This document shows, piece by piece, positions 31,064-43,869 of a stretch of DNA of 64,000 nt. Source of the DNA: Heteronotia binoei (lineage: Eukaryota); NCBI RefSeq assembly GCF_032191835.1, contig NC_083225.1:54994001-55058000 (forward strand), given 5' to 3'. Made by a program: the position numbers and the translations under genes. Numbering within the stretch: position 1 is the first letter of the stretch; each line of letters starts with the position of its first letter. A model generated the notes under the pieces. That model saw only the letters and a list, made by a program, of their open reading frames with translations. It was not told where the DNA came from and made no database searches.

Positions 31064-32600
31064 CAGGGGTGTCCAAACTTTTAATGCAAGAGCCATATAG
31101 AATAAATGTCAGATGTTTGAGAGTCGCAAGACATGAACATCACACGTTTGAGAGCCGGAGGAAGGATGGAAGGGAGGGAAAGAGGGATAGATGGGGAAGG
31201 AGGGTGGAAAGAAAGCAACTTTAACTTTTAATGTGTTCTCCAAGCTGCCAGCTGGCTTGAAGTGATTTAAAGAGACAAATGCCTTCTCCAAGCCAGCCGA
31301 TGGGTCAGTGGGGCTTCGAGAGCCATACGTGGCTCAGGCCCAGGTTGTCAGGTCCAACTCAAGGAATATCTGGGGACTTTGTAGTTGGAGCCAGGAGCAA
31401 GGTTGTGACAAGCATGACTAAACTCCAAAGGGATTTCTTGCCATCTCATTTAAAGGAACCGCCTTCCCTCCATTTGGAAATACTGGAGGACTGGCGCACT
31501 TACTTTGGGGGCACATAGAACTGGATCCCCGGTCCAATCTTTTTAAATCTTGGGTTTGTTTGTTTGAGAGGCACCAGATGCTATGCTGAAATATTGGTGC
31601 CTCTACCTAAAAAAACAGCCCCCTCCCAGAAACCCACAGATCAACTTTCCATTTTACCCTATAGCAGGGGTGGGGAGCCTCCGTCCCGAGGGCCATATGT
31701 GGCCCTCGAGGTCGCTTGGTGTGGCCCTCGGGGATTGCTGGGCTGAACCAAGCCGTATGGCAGCCTTTCTGGGACCTGGCTGGCCAGCGAGGATTGTGGG
31801 GCCCAGCCGCGCTATGCAGCAGCCTCCCCAGGGCCAGGCAGGGATCACAGGGCCCAGATGTACTGTGCGGCAGCCTCCCTGGGGCCTGGCTGGCTGGCCA
31901 GAATTGCTGCAGGGCCTGGAAAAGTTACTGTCACAGTTCAGTTTGCACTTGATTATCCCAGATGGTGTAGCCTAATATGCTAATGAGTGTGTGACCTAAT
32001 ATGTTAATATTAGAGGATGTGGTCTAATATGCTACTGAGTTCCTGCTGGGCTTTTTCTACAAAAAAGCCCTGGACCTATGCATTTGCCTAGGGCGGCTGG
32101 CCGTGTGTGTGTGTGTGCCAGATTAGGCTCTCCCTTCATGACTTCAAATAGAAAAACAATTAGGGTTTGTAGAATCTTTCGGGCTCAAGTGCCGTGTTCT
32201 ACTGGAGAAAGTTTTCCTTCCAGACGTTTCATTCTCAGCTGCGGAGAACATCCTCAGTGGCGTTGCAGCCGGAGCAGGAGCTCTGACCTTCTTGGCTGCT
32301 GTGCATTGAAAAACAATTATTTGCATTAATTTTGCTGGCCTGAATCATTCTCTCTTGGTGGAGCACTGTTTTTTAAGTTGATCATTTTTATGGCCCACAA
32401 ATGATATTATAAATGTCCATATGGCCCTTGGCAGAAAAAAGGTTCCCCACCCCTGCCCTATGGGAACCGATCTCCATAGAGTATAATGGAGTACCCAGCA
32501 GAGATTTCCCTCCCCCCACCACTGCTCTGTAATAACCCTTAAGTGGGGGGAGGACCTCCAAACTGGGGGTTCCTCTGCTCCCAACTGGGGATTAAAACAG
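31064..32600. mobile_element. Nested cluster of hAT-type MITEs
   Basis: CAGGGGTGTCCAAAC element (31064-31340), then a GGTTGTCAGGTCC-family element (31342-32600) with the 31665-32455 MITE inserted into it. Confidence 0.65.
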
Positions 32601-32959
32601 CACAACCAGAGTTATAGTGACCAAATAACTAAGAATGTATTGAAACAAAATCATACAAATATGTTCAATAGCAATAGCAATAACAATCCTCCAAAAGTTT
32701 CACAGTTCCCTCAAAGGAGTCCCAATGAACAGGAGATCGACTTGATTATTCCTGCTTCGAATCCTCTTCTAGCATAGGGTGCTCCAACCACATATTTCAA
32801 CCGACGGCAAAACCTCAGAGAAAATATCGAAGAGTTTCTGATGCATCAATAAGTTGTAAAAAGCTGCAAACCCTACAAGATTCTTTTTCAGTGCATCCAA
32901 AGACTGCACATAGAATTCCCAATGGGCAAATGGGACAGAAAGTCTCCAGTAAGATTTCA

Positions 32960-33185
32960 AAATGGCACTAAACTCCAAAAGGTTCAGCCAGGAAAAATTG
33001 AAGGAAGCAGGAAAAGAGGAAGACCCAATATGAGAAGGATTGACTCAATAAGTGAAGCCATGGCATTCAATTTGCAAGACCGGAGAATGGTTGCTAATGA
33101 TACAATGTTTTGGAGAATGTTAATTCATAGGGGTCACCATAAATCAGAAGTGACTTGATGGTACTTCTCTCTCACACACACTCCT
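32960..33185 (+). mobile_element. BovB 3' end fragment
   Basis: GKIEGSRKRGRPNMRRIDSI..(GRP motif), then CATAGGGTCACCATAAATC..(CA)n tail. Confidence 0.8.
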
Positions 33186-34254
33186 TCGAGGTAACCTATG
33201 CTATCCCTTGGCTCAAAATCTTGTTTTTTCTAATTGCTCCAAAGATAAATACAAATTCAGCTGTAGCCGAGGTGAAATTGATGCTGGAGACGCTCCGTGT
33301 CCCTCTTTTTTGAAAATTGTGTAAAAAATCCATATAATTGAATCAATATTGGTCCCAGGTCTGATGAAGACTGGAAAGAAACAAGTACTTAATCGATTGG
33401 CTTGTCACCACACTACTTTGGGACTTGAATATACATGTTTTGGACATTTGGGCTGATTTCTATATACTTCTTAGTAAATTGGTCACTAGCTTGCATTTTT
33501 CGTTGTGTTATCCATTATAGCGACCTCTCTCAGATTGTACTGTACTACCTGGAGGCTAGCAACCCTATTTAGACTACCCAAAATCACACACACCCATACT
33601 CTGAAGACTGTACCCTGCAAGAGGACATGCACTGGTACCCTGACCAAACACTGGGTCTAGTACAAAGAACTTCTATTTAGGATGCCACCAGGAAGCCTCT
33701 ATTATATTGGAAAGCTGGCCTGAACAAGCTTGTCCCCAGCACCCCAAAATGAACTTTGGGCCAAACTGAAACATGCATGATGCATTGCCAGACTAAGGAG
33801 ACTCACCCAAACCCTTATTCAGGACATTTTCCCAATACAATAATAGAGTCTTCTCTCCCACTCAGTCCTCCCTCTGAGTTAGTGTGAGTCAGCTCACAAT
33901 TTCTTAAGGCTCTGGTTCACGCATGTGTGTCTTAGCTCAAGAAAAATGGCCCCAAAGCAAACTTAATGGAGTAGCTCACAACTTTAATGCCAGTAGCTCA
34001 CAAAGTAGAATTTTTGCTCACAAAACTTCAGTTTAGAGGGAGCATTGCTCCCATACTCTTACAATGACCTTGCAAGGTAATTTAGGCTGAAATACTGTGT
34101 GATTCCCGATCATACAGTAAGCCTTGTGTGTGATCTCCGTCTTTCAGCCTAAATTATCTCATAAGGTTGTTGTGAGGATAAAGTGGGAAGAGTATGTGCA
34201 TGTACACATGTATGTAAAATCCATCTGGGACTTTTCAGTTTAGAAAATAGATGA

Positions 34255-34610
34255 CTCAGGAGGATCTATCAGTGGCTACTAGCCATGATGCCTTAAAGGA
34301 ACCTCCATGGTCAGAGGCAGTAAACCTCTGAATACCAGTGCCAGGAGGCAGCATCAGGGGAAAGCCTCAGCCTCATGGTTAGTAGCCAGTGACAGACCTC
34401 TCCTCCATTAATCTGCCTAATCCTCCTTTGAAGCTGTCTATATTTCTGCAGTCATCACTACATCCTCTGGGAGCAAATTCCACATTTTAATCACATTGAG
34501 TCAAGAAGTATTTCCTTTTGCCTATCCTGAATCTACTGCATGTCAACTTCAATGCCTGCTCTCAAGTTCTAGTATTTAGGGAGAGGGAGAACAAATTCCC
34601 CCTTTGTTTC
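34255..34610. mobile_element. CR1 3'-end pieces in opposite orientations
   Basis: + piece 34264-34372 (ATCAGTGGCTACTAGCCATG 3'UTR) abuts a - piece 34373-34610 (end of ORF2 and start of the 3'UTR). Confidence 0.65.
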
Positions 34611-36444
34611 AAGGAGCCACTGTTTGGTCAGACACTGAAACCCTTTTTCCTATTGAACCACAGTCCTGATCTGATTTAGACCTACATGCACTTGGGAATT
34701 GACTTTCCAGCACAGAACACCAAACACACATCTGGCCCCCAAGTCTTTGTGGTGGCCTTGTGAACTGGTGTTCTTTCTCTTTCTCACTCACTATGGGCTC
34801 TCAAATATTTTCTCTCCACTACATACATCACCAACCAAGAAATCATATGCAATCAAATCGTATGACTTGTTGCCAACATTAATAGATTAATAATTGGTTA
34901 TCTTTATGTAAACTATATACCGTCCCATTGTTCTACTTGTTACATTTATATTCTACCCATTCTCTTAAGTTCAGGACACTGCAAACCCACCCATACCCCA
35001 GTCTTCAAAACAATCCTGTTAAGGTCATTTAGCTGACAGTGACAAGTCCAAGGTTATACTTCTTTCTCTGCTCTGGGCTATTGAATTTATATCTGCACAC
35101 TGACAGTACCTAAAGTGATCAGTCTCCAGATGGGGTATAGCCTTCTCCCAGAATAAGAACTGATCTCCAGGCAACAGAGGATAGTTTCCCTGGAAGAAAT
35201 GGCAACATCACAGGGCAGACTGTATGCAGCTTCACGCTCTTACCATCCACAAGGACTGCTCCAAATCTCACTGAATTTCCCAAACCAGAGTTGGCAACCC
35301 TGTTCTCACCAGGTCTCTGGGCCCCCAGGGTGACTTGGAATTTTGGCTCCCCACTCAACCTTTGTCATAAACCAAGTGTCCATGGCAGCACATGCGTTTA
35401 TACGCAGTGCCTTTTCGTTCTGTACATAATCTTGGTCTGAAGTAGACGTGCATGCATTTGGGAATGACTTCCCAGCACAGAATACCAAGCCCCAAGTCCT
35501 TTTGGTGGCTGTGTAAACTGGCATTCTCCCTCTCTCTCATGCGTATACACACATGCATTTCTGATGGACACAACTTTCAAAACATTCAAAATTGATCTTT
35601 AGCTTATCTGGAGATCATCTTCTAGCAGTTATCAACTGTTGAAGAAACATCAACCAAGCATTTTGGCCTAACAAAGGGACAGTCAGCCACAGGGCTTTTT
35701 TTTTAGCAGGAATGCAGTTCCGGCTGGCTTGCTGTCAGGTGTGGCTTAAGATGCAAATGAGTTCTTACTGGGCTTTTTCTACAGAGCAGCCCTGTGTGAA
35801 ACAGTGGTGGTCAGGGGATGTGGCCTAATGTGCAAATGAGTTCCTGCTGGGCCTTTTCTACAAAAAAAGCCCTAGTCAGTCAACAGTCCAAACAAAAGGT
35901 GGAAAAAATAGACAACATGATGTAAATGCCATTATTTTGTATAATGAGAACTCTCAACTTTTGCTTTGTTTATTCTGAAGTATATTTTCTTGTATTAAAA
36001 TTTTAGACATTACAATAAATACCTGTTTTACTTTACACATTTATTATTGGCTTGATATACAAAAATCAGTGCAGCATTGAATTCCTCGGGTAGTTGCTTA
36101 GCAGTGTGACATCTACAGAATGTAATAAAAATGATAGTTCCATCATATTCTCCATGTAATTAATAAATGCATGCTAGTGTGAATTTCACATGCACTAGTA
36201 TGTTTCCTAGCCATTGTATTGCTTGTTATTTAGATTACAGCTTACTTGACATTTTTAAAAAAGAAACAAGGGAGAGGCCCACACCTATAGATGAAAGCCA
36301 TGATACCTTCCAGCATGAACTCATTTGCATATTAGGCTACACCCTCTGATGTCACCATTTCTTTTATTTTCCAAAGTCACGTTTCAAGAATATGTACACT
36401 AATGTATGAAAATGTGGTTAGAAATTCTCAAAATAGAAAGGATT

Positions 36445-36520
36445 TTAAAACTGAGAATATAGTGTACTATATTTTACTTAACTTAAAACTGAGAATATAG
36501 TGTACTATATTTTACTTAAC
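36445..36520. repeat. Perfect 38-bp tandem duplication
   Basis: TTAAAACTGAGAATATAGTGTACTATATTTTACTTAAC x2. Confidence 0.95.
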
Positions 36521-36658
36521 TTTTTTAGTTCAAAAGTATCAAATCATGCACATATATTTTGTACATATCCTGTACATATATTTATCATATGGTGTATAAT
36601 GATACACCATGTACATATATTTTGGCATGATAAAGTTGTTTAGAGAATTTAACAAACA

Positions 36659-36925
36659 TCATTGAACATCAGTCATTTCTAAACCATCGTTTTCTTTAAA
36701 GTTGTGAGAAGCAATAATGGAGCCAGGTTCCGAGTGATTTTCTGAATTATTTTGCATCCCTTCTGGTATCTTTTTTCCTGTGGTTTGGAAAAAGCCAGTC
36801 ATAGGTCCTTGCCTGATTTCTTCAGTGTTTTGAAGTAAGTTGTCATTTACACCAGAAGTCCCCACATTTGCATCCTTCTGTAGTACTGATACAGGTGTCT
36901 TAGATGTATTGCAACAATTGCCCAT
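36659..36925 (-). CDS. C2orf15: C2orf15 orthologue, 88 aa, single coding exon
   Basis: C-terminus KENDGLEMTDVQ* and the internal NDNLLQNTEEIRQGPMTGFFQTTGK match the recalled human C2orf15 (..DDHLIRGTEKSRLEPATQLFQNTKK..KESDGLEMTDVE). Same strand as LIPT1 and just upstream of it, as in human. Confidence 0.85.
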   Translation of the reverse strand: MGNCCNTSKTPVSVLQKDANVGTSGVNDNLLQNTEEIRQGPMTGFFQTTGKKIPEGMQNNSENHSEPGSIIASHNFKENDGLEMTDVQ

Positions 36926-39900
36926 TGTATAGTTACCATGGAAATACTAGAAGCTCTGAATGCTTATCTTGAAATGAAAACTTTGCATCAGTGAGGAAGC
37001 TCTTCAGTATGACGGCTGTACAAATCCTATTAACAAAAAATAGCTCAAAGAATTGAGTTAACACATGTGTGATCCTAGCAACTATGCATTTTGCAGCTGG
37101 AAGAAATACTGACTAAAACATTTTTCTTTATTCTCCTATAAAAATGGAAATGTACTGATGACTGTACATACTTATTAGACTGCAAGATACTGCCTGCACA
37201 AACTGTTACCATTTGCCATAAACAGCACCACTACTGCTGCTGCTTATAAGTTGTGTCTTCAGACAGACCACAGCTATATGCCCCAGCTGAAGCTGATATA
37301 GGCAGAATACACTACAAAATGACATGTTACCTGGTGGGGGAACTAAACTGGAAATTCCAGGGACTGAAACTAGGACCTTCTGTGTGCAAAGGAGATACTT
37401 TACTGCAGAGCCATAGCCCTCTGCTTGGGAATCCATCCCTCTTCATCTGGAATTTGAATCACAGGATTTGATGCCTTTTCGACGTGGTAGGACTTTCCCT
37501 ACTGAGATATACTGAAATTTACTTGAGACTTGACTCCATTCTGCTTAATTAAAAATACTTTCTTGTTTGGAGCTTTATTTTGTATAATTTTATTATACTG
37601 GAGCCAATGTGGTATAGTGGTTAAGAATGTCACACTAGTATATGGGAATTGCAGGTCTGAATCACCGCTCAAGCCATGGAACTCACTGGGTGACTGTGGA
37701 CCAGTCATACTGCTTCAGCCTAGCCTACCTCACAGGTTTTGAGGATAAAATGGTTTTGAGGATAAAATGGAGAGAAGAATGATGTAAGCCACTTTAGGTC
37801 CGCATACAGGAGAAAGGTGGGGTATAAATAAACAGATAAATGTCTCATTTACTTTCAATTTAACAATTAACAATTAACTAATTTACCATTAGGCTGACCA
37901 GGGCTTTTATTGTAAAAAATCAAACGTAAACTTGTTTGCATATTAGGCTACACCCCCTGATGCCACCATTGTTTCACACTCTGTGAAAACCTTCCAAAAT
38001 TTCAAAGCCAAAAGGAGAAAAAAGATCCCCCTCCTTTTTATTGAAAAATCCTACAGAAATTTGGAGGAAACTGAAATATATGAAATGCTTAAATTCCTGT
38101 CATACAAAAACTAATTTTATAGATGTAATATGTAAAAAGCATAATCTATAACAGGAGTACCATATAAAATTGTAAAACTGGGACACATATAGAATTTAAA
38201 AATATATTCATTTTTATAGAAAAATTGCAACTACATCCAGTATTCAAGCAAGAGCTGCAAATTGCTGTATCCTGTGCTACCAATGCACATGTATCTTTAA
38301 TATTTGCCATTTGCAAGGTAGGAAAAAATAAAGGTTTATGGTCAAACACAAATTCTGTGGTAAACAAAAGAAGAAGTGTACTTTGGACAGAAACTCCCTC
38401 AGTCACAATAGCATGTTTGGATATTAAGCTGAACTTTTATAACACCGAAAACACTGAACACTTTAATAATACATTATCATTCAACACATAATGGCATTTT
38501 GATTGTTGCCAAATTAATATACATTTAAACCAAAACATTCTTGGAAAACGTTGCATATGTCTACATTAAAAGGGTTTTTTTTCTCAGTGCTCTCTCAAAT
38601 TTCCCAATTTTTCCACTGGAAAAATTGGGGAAGTCCTTAGACTTTTTCATGTTGTACATTTGAAATGAGTGAAATGTTTCATAAAACAAGGCCTTTCTCA
38701 CTCAAAAAGATAAAATATTTCATTAGTGGTCTCCCCAAATACTCTTCTTTTTCTATTGGAAAAACTGAATAAAGGTGGGGGGTGGGGTGCAGAAATTTCT
38801 TTTCTTAAAACAATTTCAGTTTTTTCCCAGGCATTCACATTTCTACAAATGCACCTAAGCTTATTCAATAATACATATAATATATCAACAAAGATAAATA
38901 GACATTTAAAAAAATCATATGGCAGTGTGTGTAGTATAGCCAGGATATTCTAAGTATGTCTGGCAGCCAAAAGATCTAGCTAGCTCTTTTATGCACCACT
39001 AGGTGGTGAGCTAGACTTGTTTTTAAGGCAGGATGTTTCAGAGGTGGTTTGCCATTGCTTGCTCTGTGTCACGCCTTTGCTCTGTATGAGGCTTGCACTT
39101 CTACTAAACAAATTCCTTGAACAGCAGTTTTGCTACAGAATGGATTAGTCTTTCCCTTCTTAGCAAAGAATGTATGCATGCAGTTCTGTTGCTAAAAAGC
39201 TGAGGAATGACAGGATACCAAAATCGTAGAAGGCAGGATGTGGGCAGAGGCTATGGATGTGGCTTGCACCTGTTATTACCTTTGCATTTCCCTTTGGAAC
39301 CAACAAGGATAGCATGGGAGGAGGCATATTACCCTCTCCCTATACATATTCACTAGTACCACTGACACCCAGTTCTTAAACTCTGCAGCCTGCATTGGAG
39401 TTGGCAGGGCAGCATAGAAAAAGGTGTACACACCTAATATTTGGTTCTGCCCAGTGGCACAAGTTGTTTTGAAACCAGGCAGTGGTGGCATGAGTGACAA
39501 GTGCCTCTTTTGTCCATGTACCTGCTGCTTGGGACATGAAGAATAGTACAGAGAGACAAGAAAGGGCCTGAAGCAACATAGGATTTTAGCTGCAGTGCAA
39601 GATGAACAAGGCCCAGTAGCCCCAGTATGAGAATGATATATGAAAAGCTGAAGAGCAGCAACCCACCAGAGTAGAAGAATGGGGATGAACCAGACCCCCC
39701 TACACCTTCCATGGAAAGAGGAGATGCAACTAGAGGAAATACAATTAGGAGTGAAGGAGACACAAATCATAGTAGGATAGGTAAAGGAGGCACAAGACTG
39801 AGGCACTGTGAGATTTCATACAAGGAAAGAACTGAGGATCTTATTAATATTTTGCATGGGACTCAAAATATCTGAAGCATAATTTATCTTTGTTATGGTG

Positions 39901-41600
39901 AACATCTATCATTTATATCCTGTGCTTCTGACATGCTGTAATCTGAATAATAATGCTTAATTTGTTTGAAGGCTTCCATAATAAACTGCATAAACATCCC
40001 TCTGTGCAAGAGGCTGGGCAATACTTTAACTAACTAATGCTATACAATTGCATAATTTTAAAGCTAGTCTGATGAAGAGAGCTGTGTTTCTGGAAAGCTT
40101 ATGCAATAAACAACAATAATATTTGTAAGTCTTAAAGGTGCTACTGGACTCTTGAATATTTTGCAGCAACAGACTAACACAGCTAATTCCTCTGGATCCA
40201 AAACTAGTCTTATATCCTTGTATCATCTGATCTCAGTAGCATATTACAGTACATCTAAATGGGTTCGTTCTTTGTTGAACTACACATAGGTGAATACATG
40301 CTATGAAATGTAATGTGATTAACAGTTGTCAAGTAAAAATGGTGTTTATTTGTAAAGTCATTTTCATCTCCTGCATACCCAGTCCTTTGGTTTGCATGTC
40401 TTTCAGGGAGCAAATCAGTTATGAAAGGATTCCATTATCCCAGGTTCTGGTCAAAACATCTTAAACTTCTTTAAGGAGGAAAGGAAAATGTAATACATAT
40501 TTTGCAAATTCTACTGGCTTTGTACAAAACTCATTTTATTATTGTTTTGTATTCCTGAAGAAATTATGATCTGTTCTATAGATACAAAGAGCTCTTCAGT
40601 GATTTGAACATATACAGAGATAGAAATAAACAGCTGTTTAGCAGCACTACCAACAGACACTTCAGCCTCCATTTGTTGAATGGGAGGAAATTTAGGAAAG
40701 ATTTTAGCAGTATGTGTTCCTATTATTAATAAGTAACGTCTACCAGAATCATGACTATATAATGAAGAATGTTATGAATAAGTCTTACATAACCTACCAT
40801 CTGTTTTTAAAATAAATGGCACAGACTGTTTTTCCCCTTTTCACCTGACAATAATAAAAAGCAACAATCATTACTAACCTGTCAAAATAACAGTTAATAG
40901 AAGACCATTCCTAATAAGAGATGGGGGGTTCTTGTACAGCTTTTCTCCTTTCCTCTCATTCTCTGCAAAAGGACGCCGTTCTTTACATGTGCTGCTGGCA
41001 CTCAATCCCCCAAAGGGCATGAGCTCTCCAAATATAGTTATATGTTATTATGAAAAATCTTTGTGTTTGCTGGTGGTAGTTTGCCAGGCAGTATCTCCTG
41101 GATACAAATTCCCTAAGCTACAGCATACAAGATGTTGAAAGGTTTTTGGTCTATCTCTGCTGTCTTCCTTCAACCAATACTTTGGAGAGAATTTCAAACA
41201 GACACTCTCCTTGACCCAAGTGAAAAAATAAATGTGATCAAACTGAAAAACTCACCGCTAATTGTTTCTAATTGTATCAGTGAGATATTAAATTATTTCA
41301 AGTGAATCTAACATATAGAGACATACACAACAGAACTCAGCTCCTTCTATCTTTCAGAGTCACGAGAGTCTGGGAAAGATGGGTTAAGCTAGGTTGTCAG
41401 AGTCAAGGTTAACTAAGAGAGCCCCAGGAATCTAGGTTCTGATAATCTATTTGGAAATTGGTAGTATATAAACATTCCAAAAGGCAAAGTCATGTAAGGC
41501 AAAGGACAATGTTATCTGTACCAGGAAGGTCACATCACTTGAAGCATCCTAAATCCTCTTGGAAAACAGAACCAAAGTTTCAACTTTAGAGTCTGATTAA

Positions 41601-42722
41601 TCTCTCTCTCGGCTTGACTTCGCGAACGAAGATTTAAGAAAGGTGCAGTAGTCCACGTCTGTTGCAGGCTCGCTGGTGGCTGACAAGACCAATGCGGGAC
41701 AGGCAGGTCTGGCCACAGTGGCTGCAGGGAAAAGTCTGATTTGGGGTTGGTGCTGTAGCAGTACAATTCTTCCTCGATCTCCTTTTGTCCTCAAGACCAG
41801 CTATGCGTGCATTCTCAAAGGAAGAGACAGCCTGGTGGATGGTGTGCCTCCATGCTTTGCGATCTGAGGCTAGGTCAGACCACTGGTGATGGTTAATGCG
41901 ACAGGTACCAAGGGATTTCTTCAAGGAGTCCTTGTACCTCTTCTTTGGTGCCCCTCTATTTCGATGGCCGGTGGAAAGTTCACCATACAGGGCAATCTTG
42001 GGAAGGCGGTGGTTTTCCATCCTGGAGATATGCCCTGCCCAGCGCAGCTGCGTCTTCAACAGCAATGCCTCGATGCTTGTAACCTCCGCCTGCTTGAGGA
42101 CTTCAGTGTTGGTCACAAAGTCACTCCAGTGGATGTTGAGGATGGTGCGAAGGCAGTGCTGATGAAAGCGCTCAAGGAGTCGCAGGTGATGATGGTATAA
42201 AACCCACGATTCAGAGCCGTAGATGAGGGTTGTCATCACAACCGCTTTGTAAACATTGATCTTTGTGCCTTTTTTCAGATGCTTGTTGCTCCACACTCTT
42301 TTATGCAGTCGGCCAAATGCACGGTTTGCCTTTGCCAGCCTATTGTCAATCTCCTTGTCGATCTTGGCGTCTGAGGAGATGATGCACCCCAGGTAGTTGA
42401 ACTGCTGGACTGTCTTCAAAACTGATTCACCCACAGTAATACAAGGAGGGTTATAATCCTTCTGGGATGCAGGCTGGTGGAGAACGTCTGTCTTCTTCAG
42501 ACTAACTTCTAGGCCCAATAGCTTGGCAGCCTCTGCAAAGCAGGATGTCATATGCTGCAGAGCTGATACCGAGTGGGAGACAAGTGCAGCATCATCAGCA
42601 AACAGTAGCTCTCGGATAAGTTTTTCCATTGTCTTGGAGTGGGCCTTTAGTCGCCTCAGGTTGAACAGGCTGCCATCAGTGCGATAGCGGATGTAGACAC
42701 CATAGTCATCATCTAAATCTAC
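41601..42722 (-). mobile_element. Young 5'-truncated RTE-clade LINE (non-BovB), open frame through the RT C-terminus and C2H2 finger
   Basis: 331-aa ORF with LLFADD, QLRWAGHISRM, RGAPKKRYKD and CSHCGQTCLSRIGLVSHQRAC. (GA)n tail. Confidence 0.92.
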
Positions 42723-43319
42723 CTAAAGGGTAGCCATAAGTCTGTAGTGGTAGAAAGTGTGGTCAAGTTGCAGCAGATTTATGGCTACCCTTCAGGGTTT
42801 TCAAGGCAAGACTAACAGACACGGTTTGCCATTGCCTGCCTCTGTGAAGCAACCGTGGATTTCCTTGGTGGTCTCCTATTCAAATATTAACCATGGCTGA
42901 TCCTGCTGAGTTTCCAAGATCTAAAAAAACTGACCTAGACTGGGCCATCTGGCTCAGCCCTCCCCCCAAACTTAAGCAATTGTACTTCAGGAGCTAATGA
43001 CATCCTATAGCGCACATACACCATCAAATGTCCAGAATGCCATTCTGCCTTCTCATTGGTCAAAAATACGAGTCCTGTGCAAAAGAATAAATGGACACAA
43101 ATCTGATATTAAACATGGTAGAGCAGAACTGCTGAGACGGAATTCTTCAAACACAAACCCCCTACTTCAAGTCTGAGCAAAGTCCCTGAAATATTTTACT
43201 GGCTTTGTTATTATAGATGCTTAATTGTCTTGGTAAAACCCGGGTGTTTGTAGCCAATTCCAGTATTAACCAGTTAAGCAAAATCAGAGAATGAGTTATT
43301 CTTACTGCTTAAAAAAAAC

Positions 43320-43830
43320 AAACAAACAAAGATAACTTTTATTGAAACTTTATCATAGATTACAAACCAACAAAGTAAAAAAACCCCTAAATAAATAAAT
43401 AAATACAAATCTTAAGCAGAACACAGTAGCCTTACATTCGAGGTAAACTGTATACAACATAGGCTGTTAACCAATATACCTGTCCACAGTACATTAATAT
43501 AATTCAAGATCAGCATATTTGAGTGGAATTTTAGAGTCTTCAGGACAAATAGAATTAACAATTAATTAATTTTTACTGCTTTAATGAACTGCCTCTGTAC
43601 TTTTCTTGGCTACATTTGAATTTTTCTTGGTTATATTTGAATTTTAGATACGTAGCTCTCCCCACATACCTCCTGGTCTTTTTCAGCCATTTAACCATGT
43701 TATGTTACCCCTTCCCCCATAATCACATATATAAAGGATCTTGAGGACCCACTATGCTACATCTAAGTGTTAAGTTCTTAAAATACCACCAGATTTCCAT
43801 TTAGTTTTGTTCCGCCTCTAACAAACCAAC
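43320..43830 (-). mobile_element. Possible degraded L1-like fragment
   Basis: T-rich/A-rich tail-like left end and fragmentary reading frames. Not firmly assigned. Confidence 0.3.
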
Positions 43831-43869
43831 AAGGCCAGACCGGTTCTTCAGCCAAAACTATTCAAACAA

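Noticed and set aside
39276-39806. 176-aa minus-strand ORF with overlapping shorter ORFs; considered as an endogenous viral or TE protein
   Set aside because: No recognisable motif in any frame and no splice support. A tBLASTx against viral and repeat databases would be needed to revisit this.
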